A stretch of 35,263 bases of DNA. It comes from Myxococcales bacterium (GTDB lineage Bacteria > Myxococcota > Myxococcia > Myxococcales > Anaeromyxobacteraceae). The stretch is from contig JBBQEB010000018.1 in assembly GCA_038320275.1 (NCBI GenBank), positions 1 to 35,263 on the forward strand, in the 5' to 3' direction. The notes below the pieces were generated by a model. That model saw nothing but the letters and a program-made list of their open reading frames with translations. It was not told where the DNA came from and did not search any database. The translations under genes were made by a program, and so were the position numbers. This document shows, piece after piece, positions 22,948-32,278 of this stretch. How positions within the stretch are numbered: the first letter of the stretch is position 1; each line of letters opens with the position of its first letter.

Positions 22948-24546
22948 TTAACGATGGTGACTCGCGAGGTCGGGGTGCTTCACCAGGAACTCGTCGAAGG
23001 TCCCGTTGAAGTCGAGGATCGGCTCCTCCTCGCGCAGCGCCCAGATTCGCGTGGCCACCTCGGCGATGAGCTGCTGGTCGTGCGTCACGATGAAGGCGGT
23101 GCCCTCGTACCGGCTGAGCCCCTCGCCCAGCGCTGCGATGGCCTGCAGGTCGAGGTGGTTCGTCGGCTCGTCCAGGACGAGCACGCTGTCCTTCGTCCGC
23201 ATGAGGTTCGCCATGAGGAGCCGCACGGTCTCGCCGCCGGAGAGGGTGGCGGTGGGCTTCATCCGCTCCTCGCCCGAGAAGAGCATGCGGCCGAGCAGGC
23301 CCGAGATCTCCTCGTTGGACATCTTGTCCTCCAGCTCGCGCAGCCACCCGAAGGCGGTGGTGCCGCCGCGGATGATGCCGGTCTGGTCCTGCGGGAGGTA
23401 GCCGAGCGTGGCCTGATGTCCCCACTTCACCGCCCCGGAGTCGGGCGCGAGCTCGCCCATCAGAAGCTTCGCCAGGGTGGTCTTGCCGACGCCGTTCTTG
23501 CCCAGGATGGCGACCTTGTCCCCTTTCGTCACCAGGGCAGAGAAGGGCTGGATGATCTCCCGGCGCCCGTAGCTCTTCGCCACCTCCTCCAGCGTGAGCG
23601 TCTGCCGTCCGGAGGGCTTCGCCACCTCGAACTTGATGAACGGGGCGGCGATGTTCGAGCGCTTCAGGTCGTCGAGCTTCAGCTTGTCCATGGCCCGGAT
23701 GCGGCTCTGCACCTGCGAGGCCCGGGTCCCCGCGTGGAAGCGCGCCACGAAATCCTGGAGCTGCGCGATCTTTTTTCCCTTCTCGGCGTTCTCCGACTCG
23801 ATGCGGGAGCGCACCTGGCCCTTCTGCCGGACCATGTCGTCGTAACCACCGGTGTAGGTGATGATGGTCTCGTAGTCGATGTCGGCGATGTGCGTGCAGA
23901 TCTGGTTCAGGAAGTGCCGGTCGTGCGAGATGGTGACGAGCACGCCCTCGTACTCGTGAAGGAAGCGCTCCAGCCACCGGATGGAGTCGATGTCGAGGTT
24001 GTTGGTCGGCTCGTCCAGGAGCAGCGCCTGGGGCGTCCCGAAGAGCGCCTGCGCCAGCAGGACGCGCAGCTTGTAGCCGCCCGCCAGCGCGCGCATGGGC
24101 TGCTCGTGCGCCTCCTGCGGGATGCCCAGCCCTTCCAGCAGCTCCGACGCGCTCGCCTCGGCGGTGTAGCCGTCCTCCTCGCCGATGGTGGTCTCGAGCT
24201 CCGCCAGCCGGTGGCCGTCCTCGTCGGTGATGTCGCTCTTGGCGAGGAGCAGCTCCTTCTCCTGCATCGCATCCCAGAGCGAGCGGTTGCCCATGAGGAC
24301 GACGTCGATGACGCGGTCTTCCTCGTAGCGGAACTGGTCCTGGCGAAGCACGCCCAGGCGCTTGGGACGCAGGATGGCGCCGCTGTCGGGCTCCTCGTCG
24401 CCCGCCAGGATCTTCATGAGGGTGGTCTTGCCGGCGCCGTTGGGCCCCGTGAGGCCGTAGCGGCGCCCCGGGGAGAAGGCGACGTCCACGTCTTCGAAAA
24501 GCTTCTTGGGCCCGAAGGCCTTGCTGACGTTCTGAACGGAGATCAT
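22948..24546 (-). CDS. ABC-F family ATPase (YbiT-like)
   Basis: Two NBDs (GPNGAGKTT / LLLDEPTNNLD; GKNGVGKTT / LSGGE / LDEPTNHLD), inter-domain linker, no TM segment. Confidence 0.95.
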   Translation of the reverse strand: MISVQNVSKAFGPKKLFEDVDVAFSPGRRYGLTGPNGAGKTTLMKILAGDEEPDSGAILRPKRLGVLRQDQFRYEEDRVIDVVLMGNRSLWDAMQEKELLLAKSDITDEDGHRLAELETTIGEEDGYTAEASASELLEGLGIPQEAHEQPMRALAGGYKLRVLLAQALFGTPQALLLDEPTNNLDIDSIRWLERFLHEYEGVLVTISHDRHFLNQICTHIADIDYETIITYTGGYDDMVRQKGQVRSRIESENAEKGKKIAQLQDFVARFHAGTRASQVQSRIRAMDKLKLDDLKRSNIAAPFIKFEVAKPSGRQTLTLEEVAKSYGRREIIQPFSALVTKGDKVAILGKNGVGKTTLAKLLMGELAPDSGAVKWGHQATLGYLPQDQTGIIRGGTTAFGWLRELEDKMSNEEISGLLGRMLFSGEERMKPTATLSGGETVRLLMANLMRTKDSVLVLDEPTNHLDLQAIAALGEGLSRYEGTAFIVTHDQQLIAEVATRIWALREEEPILDFNGTFDEFLVKHPDLASHHR

Positions 24547-24699
24547 GTGCGGGAGCCGCGTGGCGCGTGATTGCCGCGCCGCGGCGTGGGCGGCTTTCTA
24601 ACCGAAACGGCGCGGCTTGGCGAGTCCGGCCCCTCGTCCCCACCTTGGGCAACGCAGTCTCGCGTTGGGCGCAGTCTTCTTCCAGGGAGGGTCGAGCAC

Positions 24700-25461
24700 A
24701 TGAACAGGATCGGGATCGGGACCGCCCTCGCGGTCATGGCGCTGGGCGCCTGCGCGTCGACGACGAGCGAGGGCGCGAAGCCCACCGCTGCGGCGGCCGG
24801 GCAGGTGAAGCAGGAACCGGCGGTGTACGTCGACGACCCGGGAACCGACGCGCCCCGCGGCGCAGGCGCCGACGACCGCCGCGCGGCCGAGATGGCGGCG
24901 AGCACCCGCCCGCTGGCGGGCGCGGGGACGCAGAACCCGCACCCGCTCCCCACCGAGACGAGGAGCGGCTCCGACGTGAGGTACGGCGCGGACGTGCAGG
25001 CGCGGCAGGGTCAGAGCGTCGAGCAGCCGGGTCTTCAGGGCCGCGACGCGGCCGCTCGATCCGACGTGGCACACGGCGCGGAAACGTTCGGCGCCAGCGG
25101 CTCGACGGGTGCTGCCGGCTCCGCGGGCGCGAGCTCGGGGGCGGTGGCGATGCCGGGCGGCGGCAACGGCTCCGACGCCGCCGCGAGCAGGCGGCACCAG
25201 CTGCTGTTCGTGTCCGGCGAGCGGTACGACGTGCACGGCAAGCTCGCGGCGGTGAGCGCCGACAAGGGCGAGATCACGATCCAGCGCGAGAACTTGCCCC
25301 CTGCCCTCCTCAAGATCGAGGGCCAGACGCGCATCCAACAGGACGGCCAGCAGGCCAACCTGGCCGACCTCCGGCCCGGCTCCGACATCCGCGCCAGCTT
25401 CAACCTCTCCGGGCGCCGACCCATCGCGCTCGAGGTGAACGCGGTCCACGCAGGCAAGTAA
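24700..25461 (+). CDS. Lipoprotein with disordered middle and C-terminal DUF5666/OB-fold-like beta domain
   Basis: ATG 24700 with GGAGG RBS; 'MNRIGIGTALAVMALGAC'; C-terminal 'HGKLAAVS...EITI...TRIQQDGQQANLADLRPGSDIRASF'. Confidence 0.8.
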   Translation: MNRIGIGTALAVMALGACASTTSEGAKPTAAAAGQVKQEPAVYVDDPGTDAPRGAGADDRRAAEMAASTRPLAGAGTQNPHPLPTETRSGSDVRYGADVQARQGQSVEQPGLQGRDAAARSDVAHGAETFGASGSTGAAGSAGASSGAVAMPGGGNGSDAAASRRHQLLFVSGERYDVHGKLAAVSADKGEITIQRENLPPALLKIEGQTRIQQDGQQANLADLRPGSDIRASFNLSGRRPIALEVNAVHAGK

Positions 25462-26414
25462 TGGCGTTTCAGGCCCCGGAGCCGCAGCGCATCTTCGCCG
25501 CGTGCGCTCCGGGCCTCGAGCCCATTCTCGCGGCCGAGCTCGCTCGCCTGGGGCTCGCCGCGAAGGCGACGCCGGGCGGGGTGGATGCGGCCGGGGTGGA
25601 TGCTGTCGCCCTGGCCTGCATCGGCTCGCGGGTGGCGGATGCCGTGGCGCTCCGCCTTCCGCTCGAGCGCGGGCGCTCGCCCGACGCGGCGCTCCGCAAG
25701 GCGCGGGAGCGGCTCGGCCCCGCGACGTCCGTGGTGAGGCGCCCCGGTGCAGAGCCGGTGCTGTCCGCCGACGCGGTGGGCTCTCCGCTCTTCAAGCGCG
25801 GCTGGCGCGCGCGGGTGGGCGCGGCGCCGCTGCGGGAGAGCCTGGCCGCCGCGATGCTGCTCGCCGCAGGCTTCGATGGGGAGCGCCCCTTCCTCGATCC
25901 CATGTGTGGCTCGGGCACCCTCGCCATCGAGGCCGCCGAGCTGGCGGCCCGGCGCGCCCCCGGGCGAAGCCGGCGCTTCGCTTTCGAGAGCTGGCCCGGC
26001 CACGACGCGGAGAGGACGGCGGCCGTCCGTCGCGGCTTCGCCGGGCAGGAGCGGCGGCCGCCCTGTTCGATCCATGCTTCGGACCGCAACGGGGGAGCGC
26101 TCCGGCTCGCCGAGAAGAACGCCGTCGCGGCCGGCGCTGCCGAGCTCATCGCGTTCGCGCGCGCCGATGTGGCCCGTCTTTCACCCCCACCCGGCCCCGG
26201 GCTCCTCGCCGTGAACCCGCCCTACGGGCTCCGTCTCGACGACGGCGTGGAGGGCGCATGGCGGGCGCTGGGTGAGCTGCTGCAGCGGATTCCCGGGTGG
26301 CGGGCGGTGGTGATATCCCCGGGAGACGAGCCCGAACGATGGCTGGGCCGGGCACCCGCTCAGGAGTTGCGGGTGCGCAACGGGGGACTCCCCTGCCGGA
26401 TCCTGGTTCTCTGA
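25461..26414 (+). CDS. RlmL-like (UPF0020) RNA guanine-N2 methyltransferase with shortened THUMP region
   Basis: TAATG overlap; 'CAPGLE', 'LFKRGWR', 'APLRESLAAAML', 'DPMCGSGT', 'NPPYG', 'NGGLPC'. Confidence 0.85.
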   Translation: MAFQAPEPQRIFAACAPGLEPILAAELARLGLAAKATPGGVDAAGVDAVALACIGSRVADAVALRLPLERGRSPDAALRKARERLGPATSVVRRPGAEPVLSADAVGSPLFKRGWRARVGAAPLRESLAAAMLLAAGFDGERPFLDPMCGSGTLAIEAAELAARRAPGRSRRFAFESWPGHDAERTAAVRRGFAGQERRPPCSIHASDRNGGALRLAEKNAVAAGAAELIAFARADVARLSPPPGPGLLAVNPPYGLRLDDGVEGAWRALGELLQRIPGWRAVVISPGDEPERWLGRAPAQELRVRNGGLPCRILVL

Positions 26415-26492
26415 GGAGATCGGATTTGCCCCCCCAAGAGGGATAGGGTCCTGGCGAGCCAACCCGGGCCACCCGACCCACCATGTGGTCGC

Positions 26493-27455
26493 GTGCTCAA
26501 GGGACTTCGACATCGCCTCCGGCGTTTCCTGCGGCGAAAGCCGCTCCGCTCGGCAATGCACTTGCTCGTGCCCTCGCAAGCCCGGGAAGGGCGCGCCAAG
26601 CTCGCCGTTCGCCGCGTCGATCACACCTTCAACAAGGTCGCGGCGCTCCGCAACGTCGACATCGACGTGCACACGGGCGAGTTCGTCTGCCTGCTGGGCC
26701 CGTCCGGCTGCGGGAAGTCCACTCTCCTCTACGCGCTGGCGGGCCTGGTCCGGCCCTCGGGTGGGCACATCTCGCTCGACGGCCAGGAGGTCACAGGCCC
26801 GGGACCGGAGCGCGTGCTGATGTTCCAGGAACCGGCGCTCTTCCCGTGGCTCACCGTGCGCCAGAACATCGTCTTCGTGCTCCGCGCGCAGGGGTTGAAG
26901 CGCAAACCTGCCGAGGTCCGCTCCCGCGAGTTCATCGATCGGGTAGGGCTCACCGGTTTCGGCGACACCCTTCCTCATCACCTCTCGGGCGGGATGCGCA
27001 TGCGCGTCTCGCTGGCGCGCGCGCTCGCCATGGACCCTGCGGTGCTGCTCATGGACGAGCCTTTCGGCGCCCTCGACGCGCAGACGCGCTCCGACATGCA
27101 CGAGCTCTTGCAGGGGATCTGGATGCGGGACAAGAAGACGGTGGTCTTCGTCACCCACAACATCCGCGAGGCGCTCGTGCTCGGCGACCGGGTGGTGGTG
27201 ATGGCGGGTCAGCCCGGCCGCGTCCTGCAGGACCTCGAGGTGCGGCTGCCGCGCCCCCGCGATCCGGACGAGGAGGCGATCGTGGAGCTCTCGCGCCACA
27301 TCCGGACGCTGCTCACGCGCGTCGAGCGGTCCCCCGACGGCGCCCTTTCCCCCACGCTCGCGCGAAGATCCAAGGACACGACGGATGATGAGGCCGCTTC
27401 TCCAGCGCGCCGGGTTCCTGACAGGACTCCTCCTCCTGTGGGCGCTCGTCTCTAG
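26493..27455 (+). CDS. ABC importer ATPase, NitT/TauT/SsuB family
   Basis: GPSGCGKST, 'MFQEPALFPW', LSGGM, 'LMDEPFGALD', 'VTH'. Start 26493 or 26556. Confidence 0.93.
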   Translation: MLKGLRHRLRRFLRRKPLRSAMHLLVPSQAREGRAKLAVRRVDHTFNKVAALRNVDIDVHTGEFVCLLGPSGCGKSTLLYALAGLVRPSGGHISLDGQEVTGPGPERVLMFQEPALFPWLTVRQNIVFVLRAQGLKRKPAEVRSREFIDRVGLTGFGDTLPHHLSGGMRMRVSLARALAMDPAVLLMDEPFGALDAQTRSDMHELLQGIWMRDKKTVVFVTHNIREALVLGDRVVVMAGQPGRVLQDLEVRLPRPRDPDEEAIVELSRHIRTLLTRVERSPDGALSPTLARRSKDTTDDEAASPARRVPDRTPPPVGARL

Positions 27456-28152
27456 GATCGGCCCCTGGCCCCACTACCTGTTTCCCGGGCCCGCCCAGGT
27501 TGGCGCGAGCCTCGGCGGCATGATCGTGGACGGCAGGCTGGGCGAGGCCGTCCTCAGGTCGCTCGGGCGGCTCGGCCAGGGCTATGCCCTCTCCGCGGCG
27601 CTCGGGGTGCCGCTCGGCGTCTTCCTCGCCCGCGTGCCGCTCGCCCAGTCCACCGTGAAGCCGCTCGTCCTCGGGCTCCAGGCGCTGCCCTCCATCTGCT
27701 GGTTGCCGCTGGCGCTCCTGTGGTTCGGCCTCTCGGACCGGGCCATCGTCTTCGTGGTGGTGATGGGCTCGCTCCTCGCCATCGCCATCTCGACCGAGGA
27801 CGGCGTTGCCTCGGTCGATCCGATGCTGCTGCGCGCCTCGGGGGTGCTCGGCATCCGGGGCCCCCGCTTTTACCTCGGCGTGCTCGTCCCCGGCGCCATG
27901 CCCGGGATCGTCACCGGCTTGAAGCTCGGCTGGAGCTTCGCCTGGCGCGCGCTCATGGCCGGGGAGCTGCTCTTCGTGGCGGGAGGCCTGGGGCAGCTCC
28001 TCCAGCAAGGCCGCGAGCTGCTCGACGTGGCGCAGGTGATGGCCGTCATGATCGCGATCGTGGCGGTGGGCGCAGCGGTCGACCAGATCCTCTTCCGCAT
28101 GATCGAGGTCCGCGTTCGACGCCGCTGGGGCCTCGAGGCCGACCCTACCTGA
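27385..28152 (+). CDS. ABC importer permease, SsuC/TauC family
   Basis: 'LQALPSICWLPLALLWFG', EAA-like loop, 'WSFAWRALMAGEL'. Confidence 0.93.
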   Translation: MMRPLLQRAGFLTGLLLLWALVSRIGPWPHYLFPGPAQVGASLGGMIVDGRLGEAVLRSLGRLGQGYALSAALGVPLGVFLARVPLAQSTVKPLVLGLQALPSICWLPLALLWFGLSDRAIVFVVVMGSLLAIAISTEDGVASVDPMLLRASGVLGIRGPRFYLGVLVPGAMPGIVTGLKLGWSFAWRALMAGELLFVAGGLGQLLQQGRELLDVAQVMAVMIAIVAVGAAVDQILFRMIEVRVRRRWGLEADPT

Positions 28153-28181
28153 ACCCGCGGACCCCCGAGGTTCGACTGTCC

Positions 28182-29225
28182 ATGACCCGGAGCCTGACAG
28201 CTTCCGCCGCGCTGGCCGCGCTGCTCGCCGCCGCTGGCTGTTCCAGGTCGGGTGACGGCGCGCCTGCGGGAGCGCCCGCGCCGGGCTCGGCCAGGGCCAG
28301 CAAGGCAAACGGCGGGGAGCCCTTCCGGCTCGCCTTCTTCCCCAACCTCACCCAGGCGCAGGCGCTGGTCGGGACGGCAGAAGGCGCCTTCCAGAAGGAG
28401 CTGGGCAAGGGGGTCACCACCCGCCAGTTCAACGCCGGTCCGGCCGCCATGGAGGCGCTCCTGGCCGGCGACGTGGACGTGGCGTACGTGGGGCCCGGCC
28501 CGGCCTCCATCGCCTTCCTGCGCTCCGGCGGCGCCGCGCTCGCGGTCGTGGCGGGGGCCGTCTCCGGCGGCGCCGCGCTCGTGGCCCGGCCCGGAGTGAA
28601 CGGGCCCAAGGACCTCGTCGGCAAGCGCGTCGCCTCACCCCAGCTCGGCAACACGCAGGACATCGCGCTGCGATCCTGGGTCCGCGCTCAGGGGCTGCGC
28701 ATCGGCGAGGGCAAGGGGGAGGTGAGGATCGTTCCGCTCGCCAACCCTGACATCCTGGGTCTCTTCGCGCGCGGGGAGCTCGCCGCGGCGTGGGTGCCCG
28801 AGCCGTGGACTGCCAGGCTCGTCGGCGAGGCCAAGGCGCGCATCCTGGTGGACGAGCGCGACCTGTGGCCGGGGGGGGCCTTCCCGACGACGGTCGTGGT
28901 CGCGACGCAGCGGGCGCTGCGCGCGCGCCGGGCCGACGTGGTGGCGATCCTGCGCGCCCACCTGGCGCTCACCGCGCGCTGGAAGGCCGACCCTCCGGGT
29001 TTCGCGCGAGCCGCCAACGCACAGTACGGGAAGCTCACCGGCCATCCCCTCTCGGACGCCCTGCTGCAGGATGCCTTCTCGCGCATGGAGCCCACCGCCG
29101 AGCCTCTGGGAGAGCAGCTCGTGACCGGCGCGAAGCACGCGCAGGCGCTCAAATTCGCCCCCCCGGGCTCGCTCGAGGGTATCGTCGATCCGTCCTTGCT
29201 GGAGGAGGCGCGCCGGCCGCGCTGA
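28182..29225 (+). CDS. ABC substrate-binding lipoprotein, SsuA-like (aliphatic sulfonate family)
   Basis: ATG 28182, lipobox 'AAGC'; 'FFPNLT', 'FNAGPAAMEAL', 'YVGPGP', 'PQLGNTQD', 'WVPEPW'. Confidence 0.88.
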   Translation: MTRSLTASAALAALLAAAGCSRSGDGAPAGAPAPGSARASKANGGEPFRLAFFPNLTQAQALVGTAEGAFQKELGKGVTTRQFNAGPAAMEALLAGDVDVAYVGPGPASIAFLRSGGAALAVVAGAVSGGAALVARPGVNGPKDLVGKRVASPQLGNTQDIALRSWVRAQGLRIGEGKGEVRIVPLANPDILGLFARGELAAAWVPEPWTARLVGEAKARILVDERDLWPGGAFPTTVVVATQRALRARRADVVAILRAHLALTARWKADPPGFARAANAQYGKLTGHPLSDALLQDAFSRMEPTAEPLGEQLVTGAKHAQALKFAPPGSLEGIVDPSLLEEARRPR

Positions 29226-29279
29226 CACAGCGCGAGAGACGCCCGTGAATTCCCGCGTGTGCCCTCGCATCCAACTCCC

Positions 29280-29879
29280 ATGACGGCCGATCCGCGCGAT
29301 CTCGAGAAGCTGGTGGTGGAGGGCGCGCTCTCCGGGGCGCCGGCGTCCGCGCTCGAGCCCGCTCGCCTGGCGCGCCTGCTCGGCCTGGACGAGCGGCTGC
29401 TGGTCGCGGTGGGCCGTCACCGGCGCCCCTGGCGCACCACCGCCGCGCGCCTCCTCACCGGCGCCGGGGACGCCCGGAGCTGGGCCATCCTGGGGGTGGT
29501 CTGCCTGGCGAGTGGGCGACGCCGCGGAGCGCATCTGGGCCTCCGCCTTGCAGCGGGATCGACGTTCGGGGCTCTGGCGGCCCAGGCGCTCAAGCGCACG
29601 CTGACGCGCGCCCGCCCCACCTCCGCCATCGCCGGCTTCACCGCGCTCGCCGACGATCCCGACGCCTTCTCCTTTCCCTCCGGCCACTCGGCGGGAGCTT
29701 TCGGAGTGGCGGCGGCGGTCGCGGGCGAGGGCTACGGCGCCGGGTCCATCGCGCTCCTCCTCGCCACGGGCATCGCGCTCTCGCGCATCTACCTCGGCGC
29801 GCACTACCCGCTCGACGTGGCGGTGGGCGCGGTGATCGGCGCCGGCTCGGGCACGCTGGCGCGGCTGGTGGTCCCGTAG
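29280..29879 (+). CDS. PAP2-family membrane phosphatase
   Basis: C1 'KRTLTRARP', C2 'SFPSGH', C3 'SRIYLGAHYPLD'. Confidence 0.92.
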   Translation: MTADPRDLEKLVVEGALSGAPASALEPARLARLLGLDERLLVAVGRHRRPWRTTAARLLTGAGDARSWAILGVVCLASGRRRGAHLGLRLAAGSTFGALAAQALKRTLTRARPTSAIAGFTALADDPDAFSFPSGHSAGAFGVAAAVAGEGYGAGSIALLLATGIALSRIYLGAHYPLDVAVGAVIGAGSGTLARLVVP

Positions 29880-29907
29880 CGCCGGGTCCGCAGCGCTTCG
29901 CGGGCGA

Positions 29908-30621
29908 TCACCCCTCCGCTTTGGCGGGAGGCGCCCCCGGCGTGAGGGCGCGGCTGTGGGGATGCCGCACGTCGGTGCCGCGCACCATGTACACGACCAT
30001 CTCGGCGAGGTTGATGGCGTGGTCGCCGAACCGCTCCAGGTACTTCGCCGCGAACAGGAGCGCCGTGGCGCGCCGGATGGCGCGCGGATCCTCCATCATG
30101 AGCGCCAGGAGCTGGTTGAAGAGCTTGAGGTAGAGCGCGTCGAGCAGGTCGTCTCCGCGCATGACCTCCTCGGCCTTGGCCACGTCGCGCTCCACGAAGG
30201 CGTCGAGCGCCTTGCGGAGCTGCGCCTGCGCCATCTCGGCGAGGCTGGAGATATCGTGGATGGGGCGCAGCGGCGGTGCCTGGGAGAGCTCCAGGGCGCG
30301 CCCGGCGATGTTCACCGCCATGTCGCCCATGCGCTCGAGGTCGGTCACGATCTTGAGGGCGGTGGTGATGAAGCGCAGGTCGCTCGCGGCGGGCTGCCGG
30401 AGCGCCAGCAGCCGGAGGCACGCGCCGTCGATCTCCACCTCGAGCCGGTTCACCTCGACGTCGTTCGCCTTCACGGTGGCGGCGAGGTCGGAGGCGCGCT
30501 CGGTGATGGCGCGGACACTGTCGGCGATGGCGCTCTCCACCTTGCCGCCCATGAAGAGGAGCTTCTGACGCAACCCCTCCAGCTCGCTCTCGTACGTCCT
30601 GTCGGTGTGGGTCGCTGCCAT
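29908..30621 (-). CDS. phoU: Phosphate signalling protein PhoU
   Basis: ATG 30621; 'LRQPAASDLR', 'DLERMGD', 'LERFGDHAINLAE'. Confidence 0.97.
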   Translation of the reverse strand: MAATHTDRTYESELEGLRQKLLFMGGKVESAIADSVRAITERASDLAATVKANDVEVNRLEVEIDGACLRLLALRQPAASDLRFITTALKIVTDLERMGDMAVNIAGRALELSQAPPLRPIHDISSLAEMAQAQLRKALDAFVERDVAKAEEVMRGDDLLDALYLKLFNQLLALMMEDPRAIRRATALLFAAKYLERFGDHAINLAEMVVYMVRGTDVRHPHSRALTPGAPPAKAEG

Positions 30622-30623
30622 CT

Positions 30624-31430
30624 CTAGCCGAACTTTCCGGTCACGTAGTCCTCGGTGCGCTGCTCCTGGGGGTTGGTGAAGATCCCCTCGGTGGGCCCCG
30701 CCTCGACGAGCTGGCCCATGTAGAAAAAGGCGGTGTGATCGGAGACACGCGCGGCCTGCTGCATGTTGTGCGTCACGATGACGATGGTGTAGCTCGACTG
30801 GAGCTCGTGCATCAGCTCCTCGATGCGGGCGGAGGCAATAGGGTCGAGCGCGCTCGCCGGCTCGTCCATCAGCAGCACCTCCGGCTCCACCGCCAGCGCG
30901 CGCGCGATGCAAAGCCGCTGCTGCTGGCCGCCCGAGAGCGAGACGGCCGGCGCCTTCAGGCGATCCTTCACCTCGTCCCACAGCGCGGCCTGGCGCAGGC
31001 AGCGCTCGACCACGGCGTCGAGATCGCCCTTCCAGCCGTTGAGGTGGAGCCCGGAGGCGACGTTGCCGTGGATCGACATGGTGGGGAACGGGTTGGGCCG
31101 CTGGAAGACCATGCCCACCCGCCGGCGCAGGCGCACCGGATCCACACCGCCGGCGTACAGGTCCTCGCCATCGAGCGAGACCTCGCCCTCGGAGCGCGCC
31201 CCAGGCACCAGCTCGTGCATGCGGTTGAGGCAGCGCAAGAACGTGGATTTCCCGCAACCGGATGGGCCGATGACGGCCATCACCGAGAGCGCAGGCACGT
31301 CGAGATCGACCCCGTGCAGCACCTCGTTGGCGCCGAAGAAGGCCTTGAGCCGGCGCACGGAGACCTTGGGCGCCGCGGCTGCCAGGGGGCCGGCCTGGCC
31401 GCTGGTGAGGGCGGGGACCGGTGCGTTCAC
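30624..31430 (-). CDS. pstB: Phosphate ABC ATPase
   Basis: GTGA overlap with pst[10 protein letters not shown], 'FQRPNPFP', LSGGQQQR, 'VTHNMQQA', '[10 protein letters not shown]'. Confidence 0.97.
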   Translation of the reverse strand: MNAPVPALTSGQAGPLAAAAPKVSVRRLKAFFGANEVLHGVDLDVPALSVMAVIGPSGCGKSTFLRCLNRMHELVPGARSEGEVSLDGEDLYAGGVDPVRLRRRVGMVFQRPNPFPTMSIHGNVASGLHLNGWKGDLDAVVERCLRQAALWDEVKDRLKAPAVSLSGGQQQRLCIARALAVEPEVLLMDEPASALDPIASARIEELMHELQSSYTIVIVTHNMQQAARVSDHTAFFYMGQLVEAGPTEGIFTNPQEQRTEDYVTGKFG

Positions 31431-32275
31431 GCGCGGGCTCCGGGGGTGGTGCGCCGCAGGATCCAGCGGGCGCTGAGGTTGAGGAAGCCGACGAGGAGCA
31501 GGAGCGCCAGCGCGGCGCTCCAGGCTTTCTGGTGCCAGTCCTCGTACGGACTGATGGCGTAATTGAAGATCTGCACGGTGAGGGAGGCCGTCGGCTGGTC
31601 GGGCCGGAAGTTCCAGTACTGGTTGTTGAGCGAGGTGAAGAGGAGGGGCGCCGTCTCCCCCGCTGCCCGAGCCACCGCGAGGAGCACCGCGGTGAGGATT
31701 CCGCCCGCCGCGGTGCGCAGCACGATGCGGAGGCTCGTCTTCCATCCCGGAATGCCGAGCGCCAGCGAGGCCTCGCGCAGGCTGGAAGGGACGAGGCGCA
31801 CCAGCTCCTCGGTGGAGCGCGCCAGCGCGGGGATCATGAGGAGCGCCAGCGCCAGCGCGCCGGCGATGGCGGAGAAGCGGCGCATGGGGATGACCACCAG
31901 GCTATAGGCGACGATGCCGATGACGATGGAAGGCACGCCGGAGAAGACCTCGGCGGTGAAGCGCACCGTGCGCCCGAAGGGGCCATCCCCCCGTTCGGCC
32001 AGGAAGATCCCCGCGCCGATCCCGAAGGGCAGGCCCACCAGCGAGCCGAGCCCCACCAGCATGGCGGTGCCCAGGATGGCGTTCCCCACCCCGCCGCCTG
32101 GCTCGCCCACCGGCGTGGGCAGCGCGGTGAAGAAGGTGAGCCCCAGGCCAGGCGCGCCGCGGGAGACGACGAGCCAGAGCAGGGAGCCGAGCGGGATGAG
32201 GGCCACGAGCACCATCGCGCCGCACAGGCAGGTGACGATCGCGTTCACGGCCCGCCGGAGGCGGAGGGAGCGCAT
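31427..32275 (-). CDS. pstA: Phosphate ABC permease
   Basis: '[11 protein letters not shown]', 'VPSIVIG', 'REASLALG', '[10 protein letters not shown]'. Confidence 0.96.
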   Translation of the reverse strand: MRSLRLRRAVNAIVTCLCGAMVLVALIPLGSLLWLVVSRGAPGLGLTFFTALPTPVGEPGGGVGNAILGTAMLVGLGSLVGLPFGIGAGIFLAERGDGPFGRTVRFTAEVFSGVPSIVIGIVAYSLVVIPMRRFSAIAGALALALLMIPALARSTEELVRLVPSSLREASLALGIPGWKTSLRIVLRTAAGGILTAVLLAVARAAGETAPLLFTSLNNQYWNFRPDQPTASLTVQIFNYAISPYEDWHQKAWSAALALLLLVGFLNLSARWILRRTTPGARA

Positions 32276-32278
32276 GGT

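Noticed and set aside
24561..24574. Sigma54-like TGGCGCGTGATTGC
   Set aside because: GG-to-GC spacing is 9, not the required 10.
24567..26414. 615-aa ORF, and similar N-terminal extensions of rsmB, ssuA-like, phoU, pstB and tatT
   Set aside because: The extensions overlap real upstream genes; better starts with RBS, overlap or signal-peptide support lie downstream.
26415..26492. Possible guanidine-I (ykkC) or SAM riboswitch before the ABC importer (TAGGGTCC, CTGGCGAG, CCCGGG)
   Set aside because: Too short, and lacks the conserved cores (e.g. GGGAYAAAAGCCCG); only scattered word matches.
27385..27455. 71-nt overlap of ABC ATPase and permease as a frameshift or pseudogene sign
   Set aside because: Both proteins have complete domains; only an unstructured ATPase tail overlaps.
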